Source: Folioceros fuciformis
Taxonomy: Eukaryota
DNA length: 58,593 nucleotides
Assembly (NCBI GenBank): GCA_049999805.1
Contig: JBNGIO010006370.1
Span: 497,212-555,804 of the forward strand
Reading direction: 5' to 3'
Shown here: piece after piece, positions 29,310 through 43,700 of the stretch
Position numbering within the stretch: the first letter of the stretch is position 1
How the letters are laid out: each line of letters starts with the position of its first letter
Notes under the pieces: generated by a model
Databases searched by the model: none
Seen by the model: the letters and a program-made list of their open reading frames with translations, nothing else
Told to the model about the DNA's origin: nothing
Translations under genes and position numbers: made by a program

Positions 29310-32300
29310 ATGTTGTCCTCCGTGTCTGCCAAATCCTCAGGCCCGATTGCGGCCGAGCCGCTGAAGACACTGAAAGAGCTTGCCGACACGACGTCAGTGA
29401 ACTATGTGTTCACCAGGGGATCTGTGCCACTGGCTCCTTCAGGTCAACCAGATAGGCCCCGGCTGCTGGTCTGTCACGATTTCAAAGGAGGCTACCAAGA
29501 CGATAAGTGGGTTCAGGGGAATCACAACGGTGGAGCATACTCCCTCTGGCACTGGGACCTGATTGACGTCTTTGTCTACTTTGCGCACGATCTGGTTACG
29601 TTGCCCCCGCCTGGGTGGATCAATGCCGCACACAAGCATGGGGTGCGGGTAAGCACAAATATCGGGGAGGGAGGCAAGTGGAGGGGCAAAGTGGGCAATT
29701 GATTGGCAGGAGGTCTGAATTGTGTTTGTGGCGCAGGTTTTGGGGACCTTCATCACGGAATGGAAGGAAGGCAAAATTACGTGTGCTGAGCTGCTGGCAT
29801 CGCATGCATCCGTTCGGCTATACGCCTCACGTCTTGCAGAATTGGCTTGTAGTTTGGGCTTTGATGGCTGGTTGGTACGTATCGGCAGCTTCAGATTGCT
29901 TTGTGGAGTGTTTGTTTTGAATGCATGAAGAAAGTTTTGCTTCCCTGGTTTGCAGCTTTGATAACTTCGGCTTTCTCCCCACGCACTTGCGTGATCAGCT
30001 TGTATGTAACACATTCTTCCCTGCGTGGACCAGATAAACATCGAAAATCCGATTGAGCAGGACCAGATCCCGTTGCTGGTGGAGTTTGTCCATCAGCTGA
30101 CAGGAATGACACGTTCTCTGGTTCCTGATTCTCTGGTTATCTGGTATGAGAGAATCTCCTGTAGTGATTACCAATTTGATTGACAGGCAGAGGCAGGGGC
30201 CTCCTTCGCTTGCAGCAATGATGGATATCTGGTTGTCATGTGCTTGTCCTCTGATCACAGGTACGATGCTGTTACGATAGATGGACGGCTGGATTGGCAG
30301 AATTGCTTGAATTTGCGGAACAAGGCATTCTTTGATGTCTGTGACGGTATTTTCACGAACTATGCATGGACGGTGCGTGCCCTTCTTGCAAGAGAACAAC
30401 GCTTGTTTATTGATGTTTTTTGTGCGGGTTGAAGATGCTAGGCCAGTTCCCAAGGGCCCCCTGCTGGTGCTGACCTACTGGGTACCGGGCAGCATGATAA
30501 CCCATTGACCTCTGCCGAGCTTGCCGGTGATCGTGCCGATGATGTCTACATGGGAGTCGATGTTTTTGGAAGAAACACTTTTGGGGGTGGAGGGTTCAAT
30601 GTGAGCGAGATGCCAACCTACAACAGGTTCATATGCTTGTGGAGAGTGTTCTCACTGTAAACTTCGGGCTGATGAAAAACTGCTGCTGACACAGAGTGAT
30701 TACGCTCTTAAAGTAGCCCGCGGTTCAGGTGTCTCAGCCGCTCTCTTTGCTCCTGGCTGGGTGTATGAGACAGACCAAGGCCCTGATTTTCATACAGCAC
30801 AAGACAGGTCTGTCTTTGCTTTGGATGTCGATGTGGATATTGCAAGTTCACACACACAGGAGCTACTTGGTTCATGTTACTAGCTCCCTCTTAACGTTCT
30901 TCTCGTAGGTGGTGGGACACAATTCACGCCGTATGGCCCCCTGCTCGCCGCAATCCGGTTACACTGCCTTTCTTCTCCGACTTCGATCAAGTTACGTGTT
31001 ATTCTTTGGCTGCCTTGCTGGATGAAGCGGGGTTGGGTTTCAGGTAACTTGCGTATTTATTGCTCTACTGACAAAGTGTAGTGATTCAGGGTATAGGGTA
31101 TGCTGTGTATGATCAGGGTCGGCAAATCTCTAAATCTCCTTGGAGCAACCTGTCGTGCCAGAATTTGCAGGTTGTGCACTTTTCGCGTTCCTATTTGCAA
31201 GTTCACGTGGGAGCAGCAACCACTGATGTGTTCTGTCGAACTGTCCAATGCTATTCAGGTGCTGTTCGACGGGTCTGTCGATGGCTCGAGACAGCCTTTG
31301 AAGACCTTTGTGAGGTCCATTGATGCAGGCAAACCTTTGTTTTGTTACTGGCTTCGCTCCAGAACGGTGTAAGGCAAGAGGTTTTGGTCCAATTTGCATA
31401 AGCTGAGGTCCATGCTCGTTTTTTGTTGCTCCAGTCAGGAAGACAAAGCCTATTCCGGAGGCTCTTGCGTGAGCATCTCCGGGAGTATGCCTGCCAAGGA
31501 TGTCTACCTGGTGAACTTCTACCGTTCAAATCTAGAGATATCGGCGGGTTCTCTTCATGTTTCCTACTCGGTATGGCAAAATCTACCCTCCCGCTTCCAG
31601 GATCATGAATTTCCGCCCGCGTATGCAGTGCAACTGGATGTCATGGCAGGTGAAGCTCAAGCTCCACTGTCAGCTCTCGCTTGCCTTGAAGTTGGAGGGC
31701 GATAAAGGTGCTATTACCACTATCTTCCTCATCGAAGAAGATGCCCCAACGGCCTGGCTCGCGAAAATAGCACATGCCTACTCTGTCAAGGCTCCTGACA
31801 ACTTCTTCAGGACCGGTGCAGAGGAAGGCAATCTATGGAACGTAAGAGACTATCACCTTGATCTGGAGGCTGGCACCATCACCCATATCTACGCTCTGGT
31901 TCATGGAGAGAACTCCTATGATAAAGCTCTGAGGCAGAAGTTCCAGGACCTCTTGATCGACCCTCCACCAGAGCCTTCTCTATCCTCCACTTGTAATCCG
32001 GGGTCCTGGGTAGCTACCGCAGACGAGGATGACCCATCCTCAACTCTAGGACACGACCTCACGTATGGAGCTCTGCTGGGTCATATAAGAATCGCAAATT
32101 GGGAACTGGCAGAATGCAAGCTGCGAGCAGTGTCCTATGATTTCGAAGCCCAACACGACGTATGGTCCAGAGCCAAGCAGCTGCTCAGCATCCTACTGCT
32201 ATGGAGGCCTGCAGGGTCAAAAGATACCCAGGGAAGCTGCCAGCCGGAACACTTCAAAATATTCACATGGGAAGAGGAAGACGAGGAGAATCCCAGCGAA

Positions 32301-32477
32301 GACGGAGCTGGCAAGGCCCAATTTCTCGGTGTGGCTAAGGTGAATGCCTTCTATGTCTACCACCTGCCTCTTCGGCCAAGAGCCTCGAAACTACGCTTTG
32401 CCATGAAGCCAGTGTGTGTGTGCGGAGGGTCGGAAGATCTGCCATCTTGCCCACAAATACGTGTAACCGTTCCTTGA
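29310..32477 (+). CDS. ENGase: Cytosolic endo-beta-N-acetylglucosaminidase (GH85), multi-exon
   Basis: RLLVCHDFKGGYQDD, WHWDLIDVFVYFAHDLVTLPPPGWINAAHKHGV, LGTFITEW, GFDGWL, YDAVTIDGRLDWQNCLN, CDGIFTNYAW and DVYMGVDVFGR. The start may be 29274 instead. Confidence 0.92.
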
Positions 32478-33024
32478 ATGCCACATCATTGCCAAAGCTG
32501 TGTAAAGAGTCACCTACCGCATTAAAGCCCTGCGTTCTGCGAGACGTCACGTCTGGATGAAGCGCTAACCGTTAAGGACAGTGAGGCGTCTGTAACTGTA
32601 AACCAACCCCCGAGACGTCTGGCCGTCGACGTCCAAGGGGAAACACTGAACATAGGCAAGGCACAGCACGGTACTGCTCGGCAGTTGAGGAATGCAGCAG
32701 TCCCGCCTGGCCAGCTGCGCTCGCCATAATCACTCTTGCCTCCTGTCGTCCTCCTCAGATCCCTGTACTACGGTACGCAACTTCCTCGAAGCATCCCCCC
32801 ATTGCTCTCCAACAGCCACATTTGCATCCTGCATCGAGAGATTGCAGCAGCAGCTGCGGCATCTGCTACCTGCAATGCACTCTGTGCTTGCCTGAAATTG
32901 CACGCATCGGCGCGCTCACCTTCCTTGCAAATCTGCAGGTTACTTGTGACAATCCTTGCGTTTGATCATTCTTCTTCTTTTTCTCAAGCTCGGGAAATTG
33001 GAGAGGACACGGGTCTCACCTGCC

Positions 33025-34371
33025 ATGGCGCCAGTAAAGAAATGCTTCATGCAGCTGGCTAGGCGGATGCTGCTAAGATCATGTGAAAGAGGAGTAATCG
33101 GCCTCGCTCCCCCTCCAAGTTGCCGCTCCAGTGCGGCAGCATCGCGTCAGGTGGCAGGAGCAGCACCAGTTTGTTGTACATGTTCCAGTTTCTTGCCGCA
33201 GCGGCCTTCCCGCCTTTGCCAACACTCTTCGTCCTCCTCCTACATTGCAAGGTTGCTGCCTTCCTTGACGGCCTCCGCAGCAGCAGGCATCGGGCTCGGC
33301 CTGGCCGTACTCTACTCCCAGCCAGCGGCAGCGACTCCGGCCGAGCCCTTGCCTTCTTCTTGTTGTGCCTCTCAGCTTCCAGCAGGAACAGAAGGTGCGG
33401 GAGTCGTGGCAGCGAAAGGACCAGTAGCAGGAGTGGCGATGGCAGGGCCCGCGGTGACCAACGGAGGGAAGGTGCTGGGCAAGCTGCGCATATTCATCGG
33501 CTACGACCCGAGGGAGGACGAGGCGTACGACGTCTGTCGGCACTCCATCCTCAAGCACTCCACTCTCCCGGTGGAGGTGGTCCCAATCCGACAGAGCGAG
33601 CTGCGAGCCGCAGGCCTCTACACCAGAATGCGAGACGCGACCGAGAGCACGGAGTTCAGCTTCACCCGCTTCCTCACCCCGTTCCTTGCGGGCTTCGAAA
33701 GCTGGGCCATGTTCGTGGACTGCGACTTCTTGTACACCGGCGATGTGCGCGAACTGGTGGAGATGGCAGACGAGCGGTTTGCTCTCATGTGCGTGCACCA
33801 CGACTACACTCCCAGGAGTGCGACCAAGATGGACGGAGTCCCGCAGACCTGCTACCCGCGGAAGAACTGGTCTTCCATGGTGCTCTACAACTGCGCGCAT
33901 CCCAAGAACAGGATCTTGACGCCCGGCGTGGTGAATTCCCAGACAGGAGCTTTCTTGCATCGCTTCCTGTGGCTGGACGACGCCGACATCGGCGCTCTGC
34001 CCTTCACCTGGAACTTCCTGGTCGGCCACCATGCGGCGCCGCCCGCTGGCGCCCCGCTCCCCCGGGCTATCCACTTCACGTCCGGGGGTCCCTGGTTCGA
34101 GGCATGGCGGGACTGCGACTTCGCACCTCTGTGGCTGCAGGAGCGGGAGGAGCTTCGCCAGGCCGAGCGGACGCACAAGCGGATTACCGAGTTGGAGGGC
34201 CGGCTGCAGGAAGTTGCAGCATTGCAACGCCTTCTCTTCTTCTGCCTGCACGACAAGGTGCTGCCTGCACGACAAGGTGGAGAAGCAGCAGGTTCCTCCA
34301 TCGTCGCAGCGGGGAAGAAACAGGAGCAGCTGGTGGAGCCGGCGGGCTTGACGGCTGTTTTTGGGGATTAG
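33025..34371 (+). CDS. CDI: CDI-family nucleotide-diphospho-sugar transferase, intronless
   Basis: IFIGYDPRE, STEFSFTRFLTP, FVDCDFLY (DxD), YPRKNWSSMVLYNC and IHFTSGGPWF. The start is 33025 or 33439. Confidence 0.9.
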   Translation: MAPVKKCFMQLARRMLLRSCERGVIGLAPPPSCRSSAAASRQVAGAAPVCCTCSSFLPQRPSRLCQHSSSSSYIARLLPSLTASAAAGIGLGLAVLYSQPAAATPAEPLPSSCCASQLPAGTEGAGVVAAKGPVAGVAMAGPAVTNGGKVLGKLRIFIGYDPREDEAYDVCRHSILKHSTLPVEVVPIRQSELRAAGLYTRMRDATESTEFSFTRFLTPFLAGFESWAMFVDCDFLYTGDVRELVEMADERFALMCVHHDYTPRSATKMDGVPQTCYPRKNWSSMVLYNCAHPKNRILTPGVVNSQTGAFLHRFLWLDDADIGALPFTWNFLVGHHAAPPAGAPLPRAIHFTSGGPWFEAWRDCDFAPLWLQEREELRQAERTHKRITELEGRLQEVAALQRLLFFCLHDKVLPARQGGEAAGSSIVAAGKKQEQLVEPAGLTAVFGD

Positions 34372-34754
34372 AAATCGGATCGGGCTCTTGGGATTCGGGG
34401 AGGCTCCTGGGCGGGAATTTTTGCCCTCTTGTCTGTTTTCAAGACAGCAACGGGAACAAACTCACACAGTGAGCATACAATTTGCCTACAAAAAGACACA
34501 CATTACGTGTACACGTTGGACATCGTCTATGTAAAGACAACACATCTCCAAGTAACGAGAAGCATCAGTCTTTCAGCTGGATCTGGAGGCCGACTAGGTG
34601 AACATAGGGCAATGCCATAACGAATTTCGCGCGTCTTGTCGTTTTGGCTCCTGCGCGTATGAGGCAGAGCCGTTCGGATCCAGTGACGCTTGGACTGCTG
34701 TTCGCGCGATCGCCAGGGTTTGCCTTCAGACGGCGGCTCGAGTTCCAGTCCCAG

Positions 34755-37700
34755 CTAGAAAGCCAATGCTGTGAACAGTCCTACTCCTCTGTTGATCCAT
34801 TTGGCCTGAGTTTGATCCGTTAATAGCTCCATGTACATGACGAAGTTGGTGGAGTGTCCAGTGGTTGACAGGGTTCCTGAACACGTGAATCATCAGACCC
34901 AGAGCCAGATTCGGAGCTACCATAGAAAGGGATAACAGCAGGGTCATAGAATGTAGTACCAGCTCGGAGCAACGTCTTGTAAACGGGACACTCGTAGATG
35001 CCGCTCGTAGGTTTCTTCCGGAATTGCACAGGCTTGAGCCACATGATGGGTAGCTCAGTGTACAGCTCCTTCGGTCTGGATTCAGTGAGCACATGCCGCT
35101 CGTAGTCCCACCGGGCTCCTTCAAGGTAAAGTCCTCTGACGTAGCAGCCATCATCCGGGGACTTTGTGATGCTCCTGTAGTCTTTGTCATCTACGCACAC
35201 AAAGTCGAAGCTGACAGTGTCTATAGGGTACTGGTACTTTCGCGCAAAATTCTGCAGTGTGCCCGTCAGGAACGCCTGCACACATTGCGATAGGCAGGGA
35301 GCACGATCAGTCTGCTGGCAATCCATGTCTAAAACCAAGGTCTTCACGCAGTGTGTCAATGCGTCTTTTACCACAGGAGTACCTGAGGGAAGAAAAATCC
35401 AGAAATCCAGAAGACGGGAGGAGCCCCTTCTTTTATCCAGGTTGTGATGAATTTGGTTCGTTCCAAGAGGTCAGCAATCCACGCGGAGAGAGGTTTGAGA
35501 GAAGGATACGCCTTGCCTGCCCACATGTCTGGGACCTGCATCATCTCCATTCATCAGTGTGATTTGTTCATCCGCTACTTCTCCCACATCAAGGCTGGGT
35601 GGTGTTGCCACTTACTTGATTGTTGAAGACACTGTTACACAGCATCTCAAGCTCGGGTGTCATGACCACCACTCCCTTGAGTGCCTTGAGAGTGTCCATC
35701 AACGACTGCTTCATAATCACGAGCAGACCATTGTACCGTATACACTCTTGTGTCAGAACAGTGTTCATACTCTCCGTGTACATTGTTGGATAGGATAGAA
35801 GCACAGACTCCACATCGAAAGCTGGGGGTACGATAGCAAGCATGTCTCGACAAGATTTCTCTATGATCTCCTCTCGTGACAATGCACCTGCCAGAAGTGC
35901 GGATCAAGGGCATTGTCCAACCGCATCACATTGTGATTCCATTCAAGAAGCAATAAATACTTTGAACAACATGCTTTTGCACCTGCTCCCTTCTTTGTAT
36001 CCCTGGGTTGCAGAGACAAAACTGTGCCAAAAAGATCATATGATTCATTTTGGTCACAAGTGATGTCAGCATTCTCATGCAAGCCGAAGATTTCTGGTCG
36101 TGGAGCAAGAGGAAGCTCCTTCACATATGTCACAAATGCGTTACAGTTTGTAGCCTCCGGAACGTAAAAAACTCCAGATTCACTAAACTTGTACTTCGGT
36201 GTGTCGATAACCTGTAACCACAAGAAATCTTCAGGTTGCTGACAGATTGCACGTAGCTGGAAAATTATCCGACAGACTCACCTCAGGCTGGATAAAAGTC
36301 AAGAGCAGAGTGTTTATTAGCCTTCTGTCCTTGTCATCCGTGACTCTTCCACCGTAGTTGATCTCTCCGCACAGAAACCGTATGACCTGTTCCAGAGATT
36401 ATGGTAGAGTTAGGTTTGTATCGTACTCTTATGGTTTCCAGTCTGTAGGAGTTCACTGAATCGTAAGGAAATCACCTTATAAGGAATTTCCTCATACTCG
36501 TTGAGAAACATGCGGACCTGTGTTTGGCACACACTGAGGTCACCATCTGTAAACTCGTACCGGATATTCCATCCAAGTGGGCCAAACTTCCTCCTTTCTT
36601 GGATAACAGCGTGGAACAAGCAGGTTGCAAACACAAGCTTTTTCCATTCATCCGGTTTTGCACAATCATTAAGGATCTTGTCACTGAACCGAACATAAGA
36701 GCGGAGTAGGTTTGACCTCAGCCCTTTTGGTGGCTCAAGTGTCATCTTCACACCATTTTGTAAGATGGAAATGGGAAAGTCTGGACTGGGCATGCTTGTC
36801 AACCAAAGCCTGAAGTCCTTGTGAACCTGTAACCAACCATGAGCACAACGAACATGTCAAGCCACGCCAAACATGCTGGCGGCGAAATTGCAATGGAAGT
36901 GGGTGTTAAACGGACCTTGTCAGGGTCAATCTGGTCTACAATTCGTTCAAGGGATGGCATCCACGACTGCGACAAATGACAGTTTTGAAGGCACACCCAC
37001 ATTCCACGCTCCATGCCCATGGTCAGCAACTTTTCAGCTTTTGGACCTTGTCCTTGCCCAAGGGATACCTGGTGCCAAAAAGATTGAAAACGAGCTTTGA
37101 AAACCAAGACACGGACACAACGTTATATTATCAATTATAAATGGCTACTTCAATCTATTGAAACCTTCTCGAATTTCTTTGTGAACCGAAGGTCCTCAGC
37201 AAGTTTCAGCAGATCAGCCATTGGATCCGCTCCAGCAGACAATACAAAAATCAAAGGTGATGATGGTGACCCGTCTTTGTAGCATGACGACAAGTCAAAA
37301 GCTGGAGGCTCAATGAATCGCTGCCCCAGCTGCTCTGACACAAAGCCCTGCCAAGTCAACAGGACATGCTCAGCCACGTAATTGCACTGAAGTATACATG
37401 GTACACACAGTGCAATGCTCCGCATAAGTTGAATTCACCTGTATAGCTAACAGAGCCTTGTCGATTCGAAGGCAACGAAGGAAAATAAGTTTCTGTAGGG
37501 TGTTCAATTTTGTATTCCACTCTCCTTGCATTGGCTCCTTGTGTGCGTCTGAGCTGTCAAAGTACTTTTTGTAAAAGACTATGTTGGTAGCTACATGCGT
37601 ATCAATGCCCGCAAACGCAGGGATTGCGGCCAGATTTAATATTTCGATCCAGTTCTGCTCAACAACAGCCACTTGATAAGGTCCCCAACCTTATATCAAA

Positions 37701-40700
37701 TTGCACATCATTATATTCTGTTAGATGCAAACTGCACACAGGTGAGACCTTGACCTTGTCAGTGAGCCAACTTGGTGCAGGATTTGGTTTTGTTAAGGTG
37801 GATGAAGTTGCGCCAGCCAAAAGGAACCTCCATTCCACTGGATCCACCTTTCCTGATCCCTATTACAGTACTTCAACCAATTAATCAGAACCCTTACCAA
37901 ACGTGCAGATGATATCAGACACGGGGCAGAAAGACATAAGACAAACATGTAAATGCAGGGAAAAAAGAACCACCTGCAGAATTTTGATGGTGAGCATCAA
38001 TGAGAACATCAGCTTGTGTTTTTCAAAAAGTGAACGGCACACGTTCACATATAGTGAGTACGTGAAGTAATCACACAGGTTCTCTATTCGTTTCTCTATT
38101 AGTGGTGACTGTGCCGCATTATCCATAGATCGAGTGAACAGGTTGATGAACCATATCAAACTGTACTGGTACATGGGATCCACAAGAGCCAAGTCCGATA
38201 TGCAGAAGAAAAGAATTGAGGCCCTATTCGCCACCGCACGATAAATCTGCAAAACCGTGACAATGTGCTCCAATGTCATCTCGATGAAAACCGTTGATGA
38301 AAACCAGCATAAGCCACAATGCAACAGGGTAGTGAGTTACGGAATGTACCTCGCGTGTTTCATCAATTGCCTTCTCTGTCTTCTCAGCTTCAGCAACCTT
38401 GATTATGATCTCATTGGATGTTATCTTGGATTGTGAAAGGGTGTTGATGAGAGTCTCATCATCCAGGATATTTCCCTGAGGACATGGCCATCAGCCAGGA
38501 GGAGGGATTATTCTCGAGTATGAGGAAGCATGAAGGAACGAAACTTTCAATTTTGGATCATCAAATCCTGAAAAGACAGACAACGACATAGTACGTAGTT
38601 TAAGAGAGGCGACGGTAAACGATACTTTGGAACTTGCTAACAGGGCCAGGATCTTAGATTCCAGTTCTTTCAATTCGCGCTTCATGTTTGCATTCGAAAC
38701 TGTTAGCTGACTTTTCATGTCTGAGAGGTCTGGTCTCTCTTTAGCAACAACAGTTCCAAGAAGCTGTTCTTCAAGACCCTCCGTTGTCACAAAAAAATTG
38801 AGCAATGTAACTTTCACACTCACCTGCAACACCGAGATGCCGATTAGTGTGACAGAACTACAAATTAACTCCTCGCGACATGCGTGCTATCATTGTCAGA
38901 AGAGGTGCAACGGCTTCGACAAGACCTTGCAAGACCTTTACCTCCGGTGGATAGTGTGGATTTCGGAGCTTTGTTGTGATGTAGAACTTGAATTCATGAT
39001 TGTACGGAATAACATTGTCACCCACTTTGATCACCTCCTGGCCACCCTGTTTGAATGTTTGTTGCAGGAGCAGGGGCTCTAGAGCAGGGTCCAAGGTTTC
39101 TAGGATGTTCTCTAGGAGCACTGTTCGGCCAAATCTTACGCCGTTCTCAAGTGTTCGTAGGTAGTCCTTCTCTGCAAGCTTAATCACGTCAAGGCCGCTA
39201 TCCTTGTACATGTTCTTTATCCACTTGTTTGCTTGTCCCTGCAGAGAACATAACATATGAGTGACCTACGAATCTCATCTGAGTTCTTACTTCGGCTAAC
39301 ATACGTTCACCGATAAACACGTACCTGTGGATCAATCATTAGAGACCAGCGCCTGGCTTTAAACACAATGATACCATTGTCTTCACTCAAAGCATCACTG
39401 GGCAGGCCTGCGATGTTCCACAGACGCATTTTCACTGGGTCTTTGAGGACTGATTGAAGTGTAGAGTTGGGAGTATGTGGAAGCTGCACAATGTGTCAGC
39501 ATAGTTTAGACAACCCCGTTCATCACACTGTGAACATAGAGCACTTTCAGCATCACGGGCGACCATTTGTGGAATCTGTACCTTCAGATCAGCTATCATC
39601 TTAAGCCACTCAGCATTGAGTCGTTGTCGATATGGGGGAGTGAATGGTCCTGTGTAAGCAATTGATCCAGCTGCTATCATAACATCACCTATGACGTGCC
39701 TAATGTTGACAGCCAGATCGCCAATGGTTTCAGTCCAGCGAAGCCTTTCCCCTCCTAATCCACCAATAAGCTTATCAGCTCTCTCCAGTTTCACTTCACA
39801 GTCCCTTTTCTGAGCAGCAAGGTCTTCCTTTTTCTTGACTGCTTCATTTAGTTGAACTTCTAACAGATTAATTTTTGCTTCGACCTGTGCGTAAACACTT
39901 GTCAAGATTTTAGGTACGGAAGTGAAAGACGAGGCTCTAACACATGCCAGCTTGCAATCTAGGTGAAAATCCTGTGTCACAAACTGCTGAAGAGTGTGGA
40001 GGTGCACCTCTGCAAGTTTCGTTTGTGCAGCACGGAGCTGTGCCATGGTTGCATCCAGAACAGCTTGTGCTTCAGCCAGTTGAGCACGCTTTGGAGCCAC
40101 TACAAGGGTAACTAGGTAGTATGAATGCATTGCCCGCACCCACATACAAATTGAGGTGCATGCCTTTGAGACCCTTGCAACCTGTAGGACAATGTCCCAA
40201 CTCAGGATCACGGCAGATCAGAAGGCAAGCCGAAAGTTCAACTTTTCATGCTTGCTGACCTGCTCAGGCGTGAAGCTTTCCATTGCTATATAAGGCTCAA
40301 TTTTTGCTACAACAGCAGCCGAAATATTTTCCTTATCAAAGCCCAGCAGTGAGTCCAAAAATTTCTGTGGGTCTGCCAGAATTTTCCCGCTTTGTTCCCA
40401 GTAATCTGGAATTTTTTTCCCGTACTGGTACAAGAATCAGGAACATTGTCAGTAACACTCCTCATACTTAACAGCGACGTGTTTCCAGCAGAAGGACGCT
40501 TAATACAGTAAAGGGAGTCCCCGGACATCAATCTCCATCATACACTTCCAGCTGTGTCTCTGTCCCTAGCAACTTACTTTATTTGGGTCAGGTATCATTT
40601 TGGGAGGAATTGAAAACATAATGCAACATGCTTCCATCACCATCTTCACACCCTCTGGAGGATTCTTTAGCGACTTGACCTCCACCACATCATTCTTGGT

Positions 40701-43700
40701 CAGATTCTTAAGTGACTCCAGAGCCTTTTCAAGTGCAGGTAGGGCCAGATCTAGTTCCGCTTGAGCACTGTCAGCTATTGCTTTTGCTTTGGCTGCCATG
40801 ACATTTGCCTCTTCTTCTTGCTTTGCCACCTGGAAATCATGGGAACGATGCAGAACCGGGTGTGTCACCATGGGAGGACGTCGTAAAGACTTGGGCATCT
40901 ATAATACTCTGAGAAGGACACCAAACATTGTACCTCAGCTTTAGTCACGTCTGCATCCTTCTTGTCATGTGAAATGACCATCATCATATCGTCAGCTTCT
41001 TTGGCTGTCTTCTCCAGCACAGGCTGGAGGCGAGTAAGGTCTTTCTTCAAAATCTCTACCTCGTCTGCCGTGGTTCTCAGTTTGTCCAGCCCAGATTCAA
41101 GCCTTCCCTTCAGCTGCTCCAGCTCTGCTCGTTTCTCAGCTAGAAGCTTGATGTACGTGTTCAAAAGTTCTAAGTAGCTTGTTGGTGTGACATAATTGTG
41201 ACGGCGAAGCTCCTCAAAGAATTCCTTGGAACGCCGTTCTACTGATTGATGGACGTACACACACGCTTTGACAATTGCTGCTGTCTGCATAATCCATAGA
41301 ATTAGTAGACACCTATCGTAGGAAACAAAAGTTTGAGATACACTCGGTCATGACGGCTTGCTGATTACCTCCTCAGGTGTCAATACATCTGTCTCCGCCA
41401 GGAAATTCTTTGCAACCGAGAACAATGCCTCCTCGGGCCACTCACTGAACCAATCAATTGTGCAGCAATTGACGAGTGATGGGAACATACGAAGTCTCTG
41501 GCGAAAAGCATCTCCAATAGGGCTCATGCACATCACAACATGCAAGTTGTTCCGAACCCTGTTGAGAAACAGAGTAGCCATTGCCAGTTTCGTGACAGGA
41601 AGCCCCTGACCCTGAAGTATTGGGCGCATAGCATTCGCTATGGCATCCTGATCTTCTTGTTTCCACAAATTGGGAACCTGTTGTGCAAATATTGTGGACA
41701 TAAGTAGCCATGCTGGCAACGTAGAATACTAGAATCCATGGCCCTATACTGCAGGGTTACCTCTCCGGAATTCAGGATATTGTTGATATCCTCCAGGAAG
41801 GATTCCATAATAATCTGGGTGTCAGAAAACAGAAACGACGTTTCCTTATCATCCAGTCCTGCTTTCATTAGGACTTTCCGAAGATCATCCTTCCATTCGT
41901 TGTTCCCGTATCCCTTAGCTATCTCAATCTAAACAGATACACAAGACAACGCTTCTTCAGAAAGGTGTCCACTTCTTAAAACGCGTTAGACAAGGTCAAC
42001 AACTGAAACCTCCGGGAATTCAGGCGACAACCGATGTACATTTCACCTGGAAAATTTCAAAGTCCTCCATGAAGGTAGCCAACTTCGTCAGGCTTTGTCT
42101 TCCACTCCCACCAACTCCGAGTAGCAGTGCATTTCCGAGAGGAAGCCGGATCACTCGACAGATTCGAGATGCATGCTCTATGGCATCAAGGAAAAGAACC
42201 AGTTTCATCGGAGCATTTGTGACACCATTGTAATCTGCAAGATAGTTGATAACTACTTTCTGAAGAGCCTCGAGATCAGTCACCTGCAGGAAACATATAG
42301 TCCAAACTTCAAGTTGGAGGTTTTATGCGAAATCAAAGACGTGGTGCATGTACAAGACCTCGAGAATGAAGGAAAACTCTTCATCACGGATCACTTTAGG
42401 AGTAGATACACACTTCTTGGTAAATCCTCGGTTCAGCGCCAGGTATGAGAAAATCACAGTACACAAGGCGCTCACGAGCACAGACATCACCCCATTCGAC
42501 ATGAAACTGGTTTTGCAATAAGGATGAGACACACTTCTTAAACCAGTCCCTGTCCTCGTTGTTGATAAGCCTATCCTGGTAGAAAAAATGTCAGGTGTCT
42601 GTCAGGCGACTGTCACGTATCATAAATTATGCATCCATACACAAGCGTCACCACATAAAGGGTTTGTATGCATATAACCTGGAATACACGCATAGATTCG
42701 TGAAGCCAAAGACCAAGTAGAGTATTCAGCCCTGTTGTGAACTGTGGATCTGCACGAAGAACTCCCTGGATTACCTTACTCATGTCTCTCAGATTGAAGG
42801 TATAGTGAGACTTGGATGGTGTTGGTAGAAGTTCCTTCCTGATTGTGCCATAGAGTTCAATTGTGCCCTGTACAATGGGCTTACTAAGTGCTTGAAGCTC
42901 TTCAGAGAACTTCAATTTCAAAGTGGCATCCAGGATGGTAGTGAAAATGACGAAAAGTGACTCCTGGGACATCTCAGTAAAAGATATGAAATTGAAGTGG
43001 CGCAGAAATCGATTGGTGACAGGGTTTCTTCCTCCCCCAGGTGGGCCCATACAGCCCATAAACTGGATGTCTACAATGTTGCGGAAAGCGCAAGGTGGTT
43101 TTCTCTCATACCAGCCCTTGTGATCCATCCACTGTCGAAGGATCTCAATGGGAGGCTGGGCAAAGTATTTTTCTCTTTGTGGCATATTCACGTCATCAAC
43201 AAAAATGACATACTTCTTCATGGCCGGAGGACCAAACACTCCCTTCCTCCTCTTTTCAACTTTGGAATCTATCAAGTCCTGAGTCTGATTAGCACTTGTT
43301 CTTGCAGAGAAATTTATGAAGACTGGTACAAAAATAGCATCCATACGGTTCAGAAGCTTGTCCCTGACATAAAGCGTTTTCCCTGTTCCTGTTTCTCCTA
43401 CACACAGGACATGTTTGCCTATTTGCAGCAATTGATGAATCACGAATGTGTAGCTAACAGAGTCAACTGTAGGAACAATGATCTCCGCGAAGGGTTTGTG
43501 AGGGTCACAAACATATTTTGGTATAGTCTCCATCCATGCCGTCCATTGCAGCTTTGATGCTTCAAAGCAGTAACCATACACACTAAGGCCTTCAGGAGGC
43601 CCCTTTGTAAGTTTGATCTCTGCAATTGCTTCCCGCATAAAAGCATCAAACTTGCCTCTGCCATCAAGGTCCACACTTGCTCCAATGGACCAAATGACAG

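Noticed and set aside
33079-34472. Long overlapping ORFs (398 and 450 aa) over CDI
   Set aside because: Expected from high GC content; only the CDI frame has family motifs.
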